Shown here: positions 40,401-51,580 of the stretch, piece after piece
How the letters are laid out: every line of letters starts with the position of its first letter
Numbering within the stretch: the stretch's first letter is position 1
NCBI RefSeq assembly: GCF_964194025.1
Contig: NC_134481.1
Span: 23,808,001-23,872,000 of the forward strand
Length of the DNA stretch: 64,000 nt
Reading direction: 5' to 3'
Source: Convolutriloba macropyga
Lineage: Eukaryota
Program-made: the position numbers and the translations under genes
Notes under the pieces: model-generated
Seen by the model: the letters and a program-made list of their open reading frames with translations, nothing else
What the model was told of the DNA's origin: nothing
Database searches by the model: none

Positions 40401-43400
40401 AAGAAAGCTGAAGGTTTCAATCTCTCACTCAACAGTTTTACTTCTCAAATCTTTTCTCGCAAATTGAACACAATGCGTAAAATCGTGTTCCGACTATCAG
40501 ATAAAATAACTATTAATCATGGTGTTCCACAAGGAACTGTGTTAGGACCTCTTATTTTTCTGTTATTTGTCAACGACTTTTCTTAAAAACTGGAAGGTGA
40601 AAATGATGTTGCTGAATTTGCGGATGACAATTACATTATATAAAAGTAATGATAATATTCCACAAAAAATGAAAAAAAATATAACAAACAGACAAATACC
40701 TGACAGAGAATCAACTCACTTTAAATGGCGATAAAACAGATGTTATTCTTTACAAATCATACTAATTCGGATCCAGAGTTTACTTCCAAAGCTGAAGTGC
40801 TCAAACCAGATCATGCTTGTCGTTATCTGGGGGTAAAAATTGATTAAAATCTAACCTTTGAAAATCACTTGAACTCAGTTTTAAGCAAAATGGCTAATAC
40901 ATTTCGTTCTTTGTATCTTGTAAGAAATCAAATTCTTTGGAAATAAGAATTGGTGTTTTCAAGTCAGTTGTGCTGTCTCCTCTTTCTTTCAGTGGAGTAT
41001 TCCTTCAAACTCTTACAGCGAAAAATATAAACCGCCTAAGCAGGAAAATTAACTGGGGAATAAAAGTTTGTTATTTTCGACAAAAATTTGACCACTCCCT
41101 TGATCTTCTCATTAAGGAGCGTATCCTGCCAGCCAAATTGTTTATCTCAAATGTTAGCCTAATGATGCTGCAAACAGATATAAGACACTGGGAAACATCC
41201 GAAAATTTTAAATATTTTAGTGGCCATAACGCTAGACAGAAAAAGAGAACAAATCAAATTATTTTAAAAAAGAGGTGGACTAACAACAAAAATGAAGTGG
41301 AGTAACAAATTGATCTTGAAAAACGTTCAAAAATGGAACAAAATGCCCTTTTCAATAAGAATTTTTAACTGTAAAACTTGCTTTAAAAATGTTTTAACCG
41401 AGTTTTTGCTCGATCAGCACAAAAAAGTACCCGTTAATACACAAATAGGAGCCTTCAAATCCTATTTTTTCCTATGAGATCGAACAGCCAGTTTTAAGAT
41501 TTTTATATTAATAACAATGCTGATAAGTTTATTTAACATTTTGAAGCATGTAGATATCTAACCTTAGGGTTATTTTGTGAGTAATTTACATGTTTTAACA
41601 AAAAATGAATTTCTGTAATTTACATGTTTTAACAAAAAACGATTTTCTGTAATTTACATGTTTTAACAAAAAACGAATTTCTGTTCTTGGCTGCGTTAGA
41701 ATTCTTGCACATCAATGTTAAAAATTTTTATCTTTTGATGTGGGTTTTCGTTTGGGCCAGTTTTAAGATTTTTATATTAATAACAATGCTGATTGGTTTA
41801 TTTAACATTTTAAAGCATGTATATATCTAACCGTAGGGTTATATTGTGAGTAATTTACATGTTTTAACAAAATAACGAATTTCTGTTCTTGGCTGCGGCA
41901 GAATGCTTGCACATCAATGTTAAAAATTTTTATCTTTTGATGTGGGTTTTCGTTTGGGCCAGTTTTAAGATTTTTATATTAATAACAATGCTGATTAGTT
42001 TATTTAACATTTTAAAGCATGTAGATATCTAACCTGAGGGTTATATTGTGAGTAATTTACTTGTTTTAACAAAAAAATGAATTTCTGTTCTTGGCTGCGG
42101 CAGAATGCTTGCACATCAATGTTAAAAATTTTTATCTTTTGATGTGGGTTTTCGTTTGGGCCAGTTTTAAGATTTTTATATTAATAACAATGCTGATTAG
42201 TTTATTTAACATTTTAAAGCATGTAGATATCTAACCTGAGGGTTATATTGTGAGTAATTTACATGTTTTAACAAAAAAACGAATTTCTGTTCTTGGCTGC
42301 GGCAGAATGCTTGCACATCAATGTTAAAAATTTTTATCTTTTGATGTTGGTTTTCGTTTGGGCCAGTTTTAAGATTTTTATATTAATAACAATGCTGATT
42401 AGTTTATTTAACATTTTGAAGCATGTAGATATCTAACCTTAGGGTTATTTTGTGAGTAATTTACATGTTTTAACAAAAAATGAATTTCTATAATTTACAT
42501 GTTTTAACAAAAAACGAATTTCTGTAATTTACATGTTTTAACAAAAAACGAATTTCTGTTCTTGGCTGCGTTAGAATTCTTGCACATCAATGTTAAAAAT
42601 TTTTATCTTTTGATGTGGGTTTTCGTTTGGGCCAGTTTTAAGATTTTTATATTAATAACAATGCTGATTGGTTTATTTAACATTTTAAAGCATGTAGATA
42701 TCTAACCTGAGGGTTATATTGTGAGTAATTTACATGTTTTAACAAAAAAACGAATTTCTGTTCTTGGTTGCGTTAGAATGCTTGCACATCAATGTTAAAA
42801 AATTTTATCTTTTGATGTGGGTTTTCGTTTGGGCTAATTAATAGTTCTGAAACTTCTCTGAATTTCTTTTGGAACTACTCTTCTATGTATATTTGAATAT
42901 TACCAAACAAATGCATGGTTTTCAGTTCTGTTCAATGACTTTTGAATTTTTTTTGTTCGAAAATCGAGGGAAACGAGAGAAAAATCAATTCGACGTTTCT
43001 TCTGACTAATATGTCTTGTCTTCAATGCATTATCAATCATAAAAGCACTATTTTCACAAACCGGTCTTGTTTTTCAAATCTTTCTAGCTTCTCGGCTAAT
43101 CGTGATAACATGTCCTCCAAGATTAATGTTGGTCATTTTAAAGTTTGCTTTCGGTTGTTCTAACGCAACTTGATGGGCTTTTGGCAAATATACGGGTCAA
43201 CTGAGCAACTGACCATGCAATTGCACTTGTGCACATAATTTGGTCGGTTTTAAGAAGACAAATTTTAAGAAGACAAAAAGAAAAATTCGAAATGATTAAA
43301 GCCAACGGTAATCGGGTTGTTGTTCATTCTCATGCTCTTTCTTCCATTGTAAAGTAATGCGTTGGGCGTGCTGACTCTGACTGATGCCACAGGCTTTCCA

Positions 43401-44179
43401 ATTTTTGGTTTCAAATAACATGAAAGCAATTTTGAAACCGTTGAAGAATTCAGCGAGACTGGTATTGGCTTTGAAATAAAATGTTTTGGCATTGGTCCAA
43501 GCTCAGTTATATTATTAGAATGCCAAATTTAATCATTTCAGGTATTGGCTAAGTACGCTTTGGTGTGCAACGAGAAAGCCATTGCTACTCTGGATCAATC
43601 ACAGCTTCATATGGTTATGAACCTACTAGAGGCCAGAGGTCTTCTACAGTTGACTGCCCCCGGCAACAGGAAGCTGGGGACCTGCGACCTCAGAAACATG
43701 AAGGTTTGTTTACGAATCTTGGTCAAATAAACTGTCTTCATTGTTTCTTAAGTTGCTGTCAAACAAATTTCGTAGCTATTTTTTGGTCTTATTGATCTAT
43801 TGGCTGATTTAATTGTCTATCATAAGCAACTTGATAGACGCGATTAGTACAAACTTGATAGTACATGAGAGAAATTTTATAGTGCACGGAAGCCATAAAT
43901 GAATGTCGAAAAGGGAATTTTTGTTATTGAAAATGCATTTCTCTTTGCTGATGGTAGCCACCTAAGCGAAAGCTAACTACTGTGAATTAGATCAGCTGTC
44001 CGTAGTTTATGGTAATAGTAAGTTACACTCCATAATTTAGACTTCATTGTACTCGCTCGTTTGCTGCTGGTCAAGGAGAGTAAATTTGCTGACACATTCT
44101 ATTTGAACTTGGTACGTTTCAGGTCCACGTCAAGGGAAATCTGTTCGAGCTCCTGTCTTCAAATGAACTTGACGTGTGA
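28497..44179 (+). CDS. CDC6: Cell division control protein 6 (AAA+ helicase loader), 7 coding exons, about 768 aa
   Basis: Exons 28497-28557, 29761-30567, 31092-31774, 33025-33235, 33984-34309, 43542-43703, 44123-44179; GT-AG, frame continuous (2307 nt). GREEE, Walker A YISGPPGTGKS, Walker B VVLDEVD, IAIANALDLTERVLPRL, AIELCARKVASSTGDARKAL, winged-helix LLEARGLL. An alternative in-phase exon 2 donor exists at 30538. Confidence 0.92.
28937..29605 (+). mobile_element. Helentron-like host with a truncated family A insert (from 28993), CDC6 intron 1
   Basis: AATAGCCGC...GGCTATT start, A 5' hairpin after the T-run, end GGCGGCTATTTTCTGCAATCTG. Confidence 0.75.
32487..32612 (+). mobile_element. Host 5' end followed by two 38 bp copies of the family C 5' end
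   Basis: AATAGCCGCGAAGCGATAGCGGCTA, then ACGACTCGAAGA(G/A)GAGTATTG at 32535 and 32573. No 3' end recognised. Confidence 0.6.
35268..36257 (+). mobile_element. Family D element (35268-35783) followed by a second D-like body lacking its own 5' end (35791-36257)
   Basis: Two CGGCGGCTATTTTC...CAATCTGCCGGGTATG ends; body highly similar to 13410-13936. Confidence 0.8.
37800..41480 (+). mobile_element. Decayed non-LTR retrotransposon (CR1/L2/Crack-like LINE) in CDC6 intron 5
   Basis: ORF1 remnant: coiled coil plus LVISDS and IVHVGHNSI (SGNH esterase-like). ORF2 remnant: LLLSGDIEKNPEP, APE motifs FNARS, IVTETW, LFGDDN; RT motifs FLDLAKAFNSISH, GVPQGTVLGPLIFLLFVND, FADD, RYLGVKI. Many stops and frameshifts; 5' boundary approximate. 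Confidence 0.9.
41487..42834. repeat. Tandem array of six units (269, 202, 202, 202, 269, about 203 bp)
   Basis: Unit start GCCAGTTTTAAGATTTTTATATTAATAACAATGC at 41487, 41756, 41958, 42160, 42362 and 42631. Confidence 0.95.
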
Positions 44180-45106
44180 GTCATTTTGTCAACAGCCGGA
44201 AGTTTGAACTGTCACAATGTAAAATTTGTTCTATTTTTGTTCTGTTCGAACAAAACCAATTAAACAACGACATGCCACCCCCACATAATATATCACTAAT
44301 TTTCAAATAATATAGTAAAAAGATCGGAGATAATTGTACCAATCATCTCAAGTCTGATTGAAACACTTGGGATCTCAAGACTAATGGAAATTGATGGGAA
44401 AGATTCATCGTAATGTTAACTGAAAACGATATTGTTTGGAATTTTCTTTTGTTCCGACTGGACGGTAAAAGCATAAGTATGTATAGAAGACGTCGAAAAA
44501 AATTGTCGAATTTATTTGTCTTCTATCCATCGTGAAAATTCATTGTTAATTGCTCTCAAACGAAGTTTGTAGCAATTATATTAGCCCTGTAGGTCCTTTT
44601 GGAGACTGTTTTGGAGACTTATACTCATGGTGTGAAGGGGCGGTTCTTAGAGGTTGAAGAGCACCCCCACTGTTGACCTTCCCCCCACTATTGCCCCCCC
44701 ACCCCACTGTTACCCCCTCCCTCCCCAATACCCCCCTCCCTCCACCGTGGCTACTGACCAACAATCGATCGCTGCAAACACGCATCTTCTTACTAATTTT
44801 ACAATTTTTTTCAAGCATTTTAAAAATTTTTGTCATGTTTCGAGTTCTTGTGGCCCTAGGTGTCAAGGAAGCTCCTCCAGGCTTTTATAATACGTTACTG
44901 AATAGTTTTTAGTGGTAGTGGAATGGTTTCAACATTTTAACATCACGAATTTTTTGGTTATTTTTGACAAAACGTGCAAATTTTTTCCAGTTTTTTGACT
45001 TTTTTTTCATTAGCCACCTCTTTCAAGACGCAGGGGCCAGAAAACGTCCTTAATGGTTTGATAATAAGTTACTGAAAAAAATTATTTGCCATGGAATAGC
45101 TTTCAA

Positions 45107-45380
45107 TTTGAACCCAATTGAAGTTGAACCCAATTCAGTTGCTGATGTGAACTGTCCTCCTCTACGCTTCTTCCCGTTCAAACATCGTGAGTTCCATGAT
45201 TAGATTTGTAAGTGATATGGGGTTCTGAGTTATTGCATTTTCGAACACTTAAGACTTCATAAAGTAAACAAATCGAATTTCCTAGCATTCATGTAGAATT
45301 ACGGAAAAGCTCGACACCTTGTTCCATTCTTCCCTATTGGTCAAGTTCAGCTAACCATTCTTTTCCAGAAAAAGTCATCC
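45107..45380 (+). pseudogene. Maverick/Polinton minor capsid (penton-like) C-terminal remnant
   Basis: Frameshifted translation EVEPNSVADVNCP/LLRFFPF...FPSIHVELRKS/HLVPFFPIGQVQLTILFQKK resembles the recalled minor capsid C-terminus (VGD..APLLR, SI.IEL, VPF..G...LTL.F). Confidence 0.6.
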
Positions 45381-45399
45381 TTATTTGTTCTTATGAAAA

Positions 45400-46490
45400 C
45401 AGTCGGCTGAAATTCAAATGAGTTGCTTGTTTCACTCCATGCTGGACTTTTTCGGGAAAGTTCCAATTTTAGAACCCAATCTTTGTTCCAATGAACATAT
45501 ATTTCCAACAAATTCACTAATTGAAAATACAATCGAATTCCAGTTGGAAAGTGATCGTAATATTTTACTGACTTGAGATCTACTCGATTTTTCATCAGAT
45601 GAAGGCCTATTAATGGTGATGGAACACGTTGGGATAATACCGAAGAAGCATTATTAGTAAACAATGCTCTTCATTCTCTTTTCTCTAACTGCGAAGTCTA
45701 TCTGAACAATGAACAGGTTCACAGTGTCAATTCTCTTTATGCACATCAAGCTTTTATCTGCAGAATTTTCAGGGACGATGGAAAGTATCTCACTGCCAAG
45801 GATATCGTTACGAAGTTAAACTAAATGGTTTAACAAAAAATCTTTTAGATACTGTTTTCAGAAGGTTAAAGATGAATCTACTTCTTACGGTTCCTTGGCA
45901 ATAGGTCTTTTTGCTCGTGAAGCTTTACTTTTTTCCGAATGTCAACCTCCGACTTTAATTGATCCGATATCTCAGCGTTTTATATGATTGATACTGTGGG
46001 GCTGAACTCCGAGTCTTGAACTTTGGAAAGTTGCCTTTTTACAAGACAGTTCGTGATCTCAGATAAGTGGACAAAAAGTTTTAAAAGCAAACTGCTCCGA
46101 GATGCTGCCATATTTTTGAAGAACTTCCAAAATGTTTATTATTTCCGCAGGAAATCAGTTTTTACAATAAAATATATTTTCAAACAAACCAATTCGAATG
46201 ATTGATTTTGCTATGAATATTGACAATGAGTTCAGTGAAACATACAACACGAATCTTTTTCATATTCGTAATCTTGATCTGGGACAAGTCAAACTTGTGC
46301 ATGGAAATCAAACCTTGGTTAATTTAAAAACGGAAAATCACGTGCGAGCTTATGCTGAAACAATGAAAGCACTAAGTTTGATGATAACAGTCCTAACATT
46401 CAGTATAAGGATTTTAAAAATCATTTTCATTTTTTTATCTGGTTTTTAACACAGGAGGCTAATGTTGAAATACATTATTTTGTGGTGAAC
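45400..46490 (+). pseudogene. Maverick/Polinton major capsid protein remnant
   Basis: IFPTNSLIENTIEFQLESDRNI, LVNNALHSLFSNCEVYLNNEQVHSVNSLYAHQAFI, PNVNLRL, FAMNIDNEFSETYNTNLFHIRNLDL follow the order of recalled Maverick MCP motifs (IEF, NN.LHSLFS...V.LN, NPF.F). Frameshifted. Confidence 0.75.
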
Positions 46491-46535
46491 GAATAAGTTC
46501 AATGGCAGTTGACAAAGAGAGGTCAGTTACCAAAA

Positions 46536-46710
46536 ATGGATAACCAACAACTTCTGCATGTAGTCAACAGGTTACCTCACCTAAGTTTCAATTATCTTGG
46601 TTCCTTCCCTGCTGATCTTCGACCACGATTTTTACCTTCAAACACGTTTTGTATAGTCAACACTGATACATCACCACAGCCGGGCCCCTCTGGATATTGC
46701 TTGCAAATTT
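46536..46710 (+). pseudogene. Adenain-like cysteine protease N-terminal remnant (Maverick PRO)
   Basis: MDNQQL...YLGSFPADLRP...FCIVNTDTSPQPG, then after a frameshift WILLA. Matches the G.FP.D / IVNTD / PG.HW pattern; truncated. Confidence 0.75.
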
Positions 46711-47948
46711 TCTCTCATTTTTCCGGCCCCAGGGTCCTGGGGACCCTCTCCAAGGTTGAATGATCAGCTGTTGCATAGTTTCTAGAGTTAATCGAATGGT
46801 TATCAATATTCTAATGACTCCAGCTTTAGCAATTGTTTGATAAAATTTATTTTTCAAATTTTTGGAAAATTATGTTCCAAGTTTATGGATCTTTATTGGG
46901 CAATGAAACTATTTAAAGCTTGAAATAGGGATACTGTATTGTCTCTTGAGGCAACAAAATGGTTTTTAAGATTTTAATATTCTGAATTTTAGCAGGATTT
47001 TGTTAAAAATTGCGGTTGTTTTCAAATTTTTTGAATTTTTTTGTTTTCTGAGATTAACGATCATTACTGGTCAACGAAGCTTTTCAAGTCTTGCAGATGG
47101 TTACTTGACATAACTCCGGAGACAGAAAATAGTTTTGAACATTTTCACTCCAAAATCTGGAAGCATCTCTTTTAAATTTTGCAATTTTCTGCAAGTTTTT
47201 AAAATATCAGTTTTTCATTTGATTTGTTGATTTGTTTACTAAGAAGGCTAGAAAACTAAAAGTTGCAGAGTCGAATCAAGCTAAAGCTAGCCTCACTAAA
47301 CCGTGGCTGGCTACTGACGAAGACAACCGGTCGTTTGAGAGCAATGCGCCCGACGTTAGTCAGTTATGTTTTTTTCTTTTTCTGTTTCAATCCCGATGTG
47401 CATCAAGCGCGGCTATTTTCCGGCTATCTCTTACATATTCACCCTCTGCTTAATCTATAATGTTGGTGTGTCGCTGTATGCCTTATACACAAAATTGTGC
47501 CTTCTTTAGTCAATGATAATTGGCAAAATACTGAATAGCAATCAAAACTATGCTGAATAATGGTAAATAAGTGCAATTTTCATTCTGTCTGCTCTTGTTA
47601 TTTGTTTGTTTTTGTTCAATTTGTAATTTAATATTCATTGTAATATGGATTTGCACTAATTAATGTGATGTGAATCAAAAGTTTTTTCAGTGAGTTAGCA
47701 ATTGCCTGCTTAAAACAATTTGCGGCTGAAGTGCACTGCCGTCAAAGGAAACAATTAATTGGGGAGAGGGGTAGGAGCAGAAGCAGATATACCGGTCAAT
47801 TACAATTCTACAGTTTCGGTGTTCCAAGGTGTAATTTAGTTTCATGCTAAATTTACTGACAATCTGATGCCTCAATTGAATCGGCTATCTGGCATTTGAT
47901 TGATAGATTTTTCTTCTGATGTTGAGCCAACGTCAATGCGAAGTTTTT

Positions 47949-50716
47949 ATAGCTGCGAAGCTGTAAGCTGAGCGTAGCTATATTGCGGTGCTCTTGGTTT
48001 TTTACAATTCAAGGAATTTGAATTGTATTGGGGCGCTGTCTTTTTTACAATTCAAAGAATTTGAATTGTATTGGGGCGCTGTCTTTTTTTTAAAGATCTG
48101 TTCACAAATTTTCATGATTTTTGAAGTCAAATTGGAGTAGTGATTTTGGTCACGCCGAAACAGGAAGTGGAGCGAAAAAGCGAGTGATTTTGCGGCGTGA
48201 AATTTTTTCGCTCTAAATTTAAAGTAGAGTGAGAGAACGGTGTTTGAACAAAAATTCGCTTTCTCGCTAGTGGTTTTTTGTTCACATGCGGCAATTTCAC
48301 TTTGATTTTTACAGTTTTTTCGATTTTTTGGATCGGATTTTTTTCGAAATGGTTTTCCCAATCCATTCATAGTCCTTTCTTGGTCTAGTTTTCTGTTTAG
48401 TCAATGAAAATTCTTTGAATTGTGTGTCAGGACTTGTCCTGCTATGTTTTTTTTTAAGGTCTGTTCACACATTTTCATTATTTTTGAAGTCAAATTGGAG
48501 TAGTGATTTTGGTCACGCCGAAACAGGAAATGGAGCGAAAAAGCGAGTGGTTTTGCGGCGTGAATTTTTTCGCTCTAATTTTAAAGTAGAGTGAGAATAC
48601 GGTGTTTGAACAAAAATTCGCTTTATCGGTAGTGGTTTTTTGTTCACATGCGGCAATTTCACTTTGATTTTTACTGTTTTTTCGATTTTTTGGATCGGAT
48701 TTTTTTCTAAATGGTTTTTCCAAACCATGCATAGTCCGTTCAAGGTCTAGTTTTCTGTTGAGTCAATGAAAATTCTTTGAATTGTACGTCAGGACTTGTC
48801 CTGCTATGTTTTTTGTTTCGTCGTCTGACGCTCTTTTTTCGTTTTACATTTGTTCACACAGCAAAGCTGAAAAAGTCAAATTTTCTGAATGTCTTCTTCC
48901 TCTCACTAACGGCATTTGCGCGCGTGACGTCATTTCTCACTCGCTTTAGCAAAAGTGTTTAGGTTATTCGCGTGATTAGATTTTGATCATACGTGACTTA
49001 CCTCACTCAATAAAATGACTTTTGCACTTTAAAAACTTAAGTTTAATTTGAATTTGTTTAAGGTCAAAGGAACTCCTATGTGCAGTAAAGGTCCCTAATA
49101 ACAGGCTTCTGTGGAATCAATTTTAACAAGCTTTACTAATTTATCGTTGAATGTTTTTTAGCCTAGTTTTTTGAGCGGCGTCGATTTTTTTCAATTTAGA
49201 TCTGTATCTGTTTCTATCTCTATTATATGGCACGCAGGTCTATTCTTTCGCAGCTATTCAGGCAATCTGCCGGCTATGTTTATTATAGCTGCGAAGCTGT
49301 AAGCTGAGCGTAGCTATATTGCGGTGCTCTTGGTTTTTACAATTCAAAGAATTTGAATTGTATTGGGGCGCTGTCTTTTTTTTTTAAGATCTGTTCACAC
49401 ATTTTCATGATTTTTGAAGTCAAATTGGAGTAGTGATTTTGGTCACGCCGAAACAGGAAATGGAGCGAAAAAGCGAGTGGTTTTGCGGCGTGAATTTTTT
49501 TCGCTCTAATTTTAAAGTAGAGTGAGAAAATCGTGTTTGAACAAAAATTCGGTTTCGCTAGTGGTTTTTTGTTCACATGCGGCAATTTCACTCTGATTTT
49601 TACTGTTTATTCGATTTTTTGGATCGGATTTTTTTCTAAATGGTTTTCCCAATCCATTCAAAGCTCATTCTAGGCCTAGTTTTTTGTGTGAATTAAATTT
49701 TCATTTCTCGTTAGTGGTTTTTTGTTCACATTCGGCATTTTCACATTGATTTTCTGTTTTTTTTCTTATTTTTTATCAGAATTTTTTAAAAATGGTTTTC
49801 TCAATTAACTCTTAGTCCATTCTAGGTCTGGTTTTTCTGTTTAGTCAATGAAAATTCTTTGAATTGTACGTCAGGACTTGTCCTGCTATGTTTTTTTTTT
49901 AAGGTCTGTTCACACATTTTCATGATTTTTGAAGTCAGAGTAGTGATTTTGGTCACGCCGAAACAGGAAATGGAGCGAAAAAGCGAGTGGTTTTGCGGCG
50001 TGAAATTTTTTCGCTCTAATTTTAAAGTAGAGTGAGAATACGGTGTTTGAACAAAAATTCGCTTTATCGGTAGTGGTTTTTGTTCACATGCGGCAATTTC
50101 ACTTTGATTTTTACTGTTTTTTCGATTTTTTGGATCGGATTTTTTTCTAAATGGTTTTTCCAAACCATTCATAGTCCGTTCAAGGTCTAGTTTTCTGTTT
50201 AGTCAATGAAAATTCTTTGAATTGTACGTCAGGACTTGTCCTGCTATGTTTTTTTGTTTCGTCGTCTGACGCTCTGTTTTCGTTTTACATTTGTTCACAC
50301 AGCAAAGCTGAAAAAGTCAAGTGTTCTGATAGACGTCTTCCTCTCACTAACGGCTTTTGCACGCGTGACGTTATTTCTCACTCTCACTCTAGCAAAGATT
50401 TTGAGATCATTTGCGTGATCATACGTGAGTTTGATCATACATGACTTACCTCACTCAATAAAATGATTTTTGCACTTTTAAACTTAAGTTTAATTTGAAT
50501 TTGTTTAAGGTCAAAGGAACTCCTATGTGCAGTAAAGGTCCCTAATGAGAGGCTTCTGTGGAATCAATTTTAACAAGCTTTACTAATTTATCGTTGAATG
50601 TTTTTTAGCCTAGTTTTTTGAGAGGCGTCGATTTTTTTTCAATTTAGATCTGTATCTGTTTCTATCTCTATTATATGGCACGCAGGTCTATTCTTTCGCA
50701 GCTATTCCGGCAATCT
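47949..50716 (+). mobile_element. Two tandem F-type hosts (47949-49278, 49285-50716), each holding two family A bodies
   Basis: Host termini ATAGCTGCGAA and TTCGCAGCTAT plus GGCAATCTGCC hairpin. A ends at 48446, 48808, 49890 and 50248. Confidence 0.85.
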
Positions 50717-51413
50717 ATAATATTTCTGAATCAGTCGACCAGATTTGCTATTGAGAATCCCGAGGACGTCATCGATCGATGGAGCAACATAGACGCAAGA
50801 AATAGAAATTCACGAGAAGCTTGAACGCGAATGAACGATTATTCATCAATAAGGACTAAACAATAAGTTAAAAAAAATCATTTTGCGTGCTGAAAAATAT
50901 AGACTGATGAAAATTCACATTAAGCTGTTGAGGTTATGCTGCTCTATTGATGCCCATAGTTATGTTAACCAAGTTAATTGTCAATTATAGTTTATCACTA
51001 GAAAAAATCTTGCCAGTCAGACTTGAAGGCCAAGAACGGCGCTGCTTTTTATCTGTAAATAAAAATGAACGTAAAAGATTGCACTCGACTAGAAAATTAC
51101 CGGCTAGACCTATTTTACTTGTGCATTACACTATCTCTATGATTGCTCAATCCCTGAGATAATCAGCAGTTGAAGTAGACAAGATTGCTTGATGCAGGAG
51201 TTTCCAACGAACGTCTGAAGCCTTTCATTTTTTTTGTTTTGATGATGATTGTACCATTTTCATCAAAATTTTGACAATTTATTAACACAAAATTTCACAA
51301 AGAATAAGCAACAAAAAGGTAGCAAAACTTTGATAATTATTTGAAGATTTTACTGATTTCTGTTAATACTTCTTGTCACATGTTAATCAAATTAGTTTTT
51401 AAATTGCAGCAGG

Positions 51414-51580
51414 TTGCTAAAGCGTGGAGCTTTTCTTGCATTGAAGGTTACGCAGATATTAACGAAGTCGTAGTATTAACGAAGTCGTTCGACTTCGTTA
51501 AATATACGACTTCGTTAATACTACGACTTCGTTAATATCTGCGTAACCTTCAATGCAAGAAAAGCTCCACGCTTTAGCAA
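51414..51580. repeat. Perfect inverted repeat (foldback), 75 bp arms, 17 bp spacer
   Basis: 51414-51488 is the reverse complement of 51506-51580. Confidence 0.93.

Larger units (their letters stand above)
44548..47368 (+). mobile_element. Long family G Helentron-like element carrying viral cargo
   Basis: AATTGCTCTCAAAC start; TTTGAGAGCAAT, CCGACGTTAGTCAG, TTATG end. Both flanks of the cargo are colinear with 55125-56595. Confidence 0.85.

Noticed and set aside
41487-42834. CRISPR-like regular repeats
   Set aside because: Whole units repeat with no unique spacers, the context is eukaryotic, and there are no cas genes.
42840-43490. Possible minus-strand APE endonuclease remnant (also 36260-37400)
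   Set aside because: Only vague motif traces and no consistent order established.
2478-50172. Recurrent minus-strand ORFs [29 protein letters not shown] (2478, 2951, 13128, 19289, 48002, 48490, 49337, 49822)
   Set aside because: Antisense translations of family A. Frames shift between copies at T-run length changes, so this is not a protein family.
50720-50830. RFAIENPEDVIDRWSNIDARNR, reminiscent of a hAT transposase C-terminus
   Set aside because: Too short to support without a profile search.
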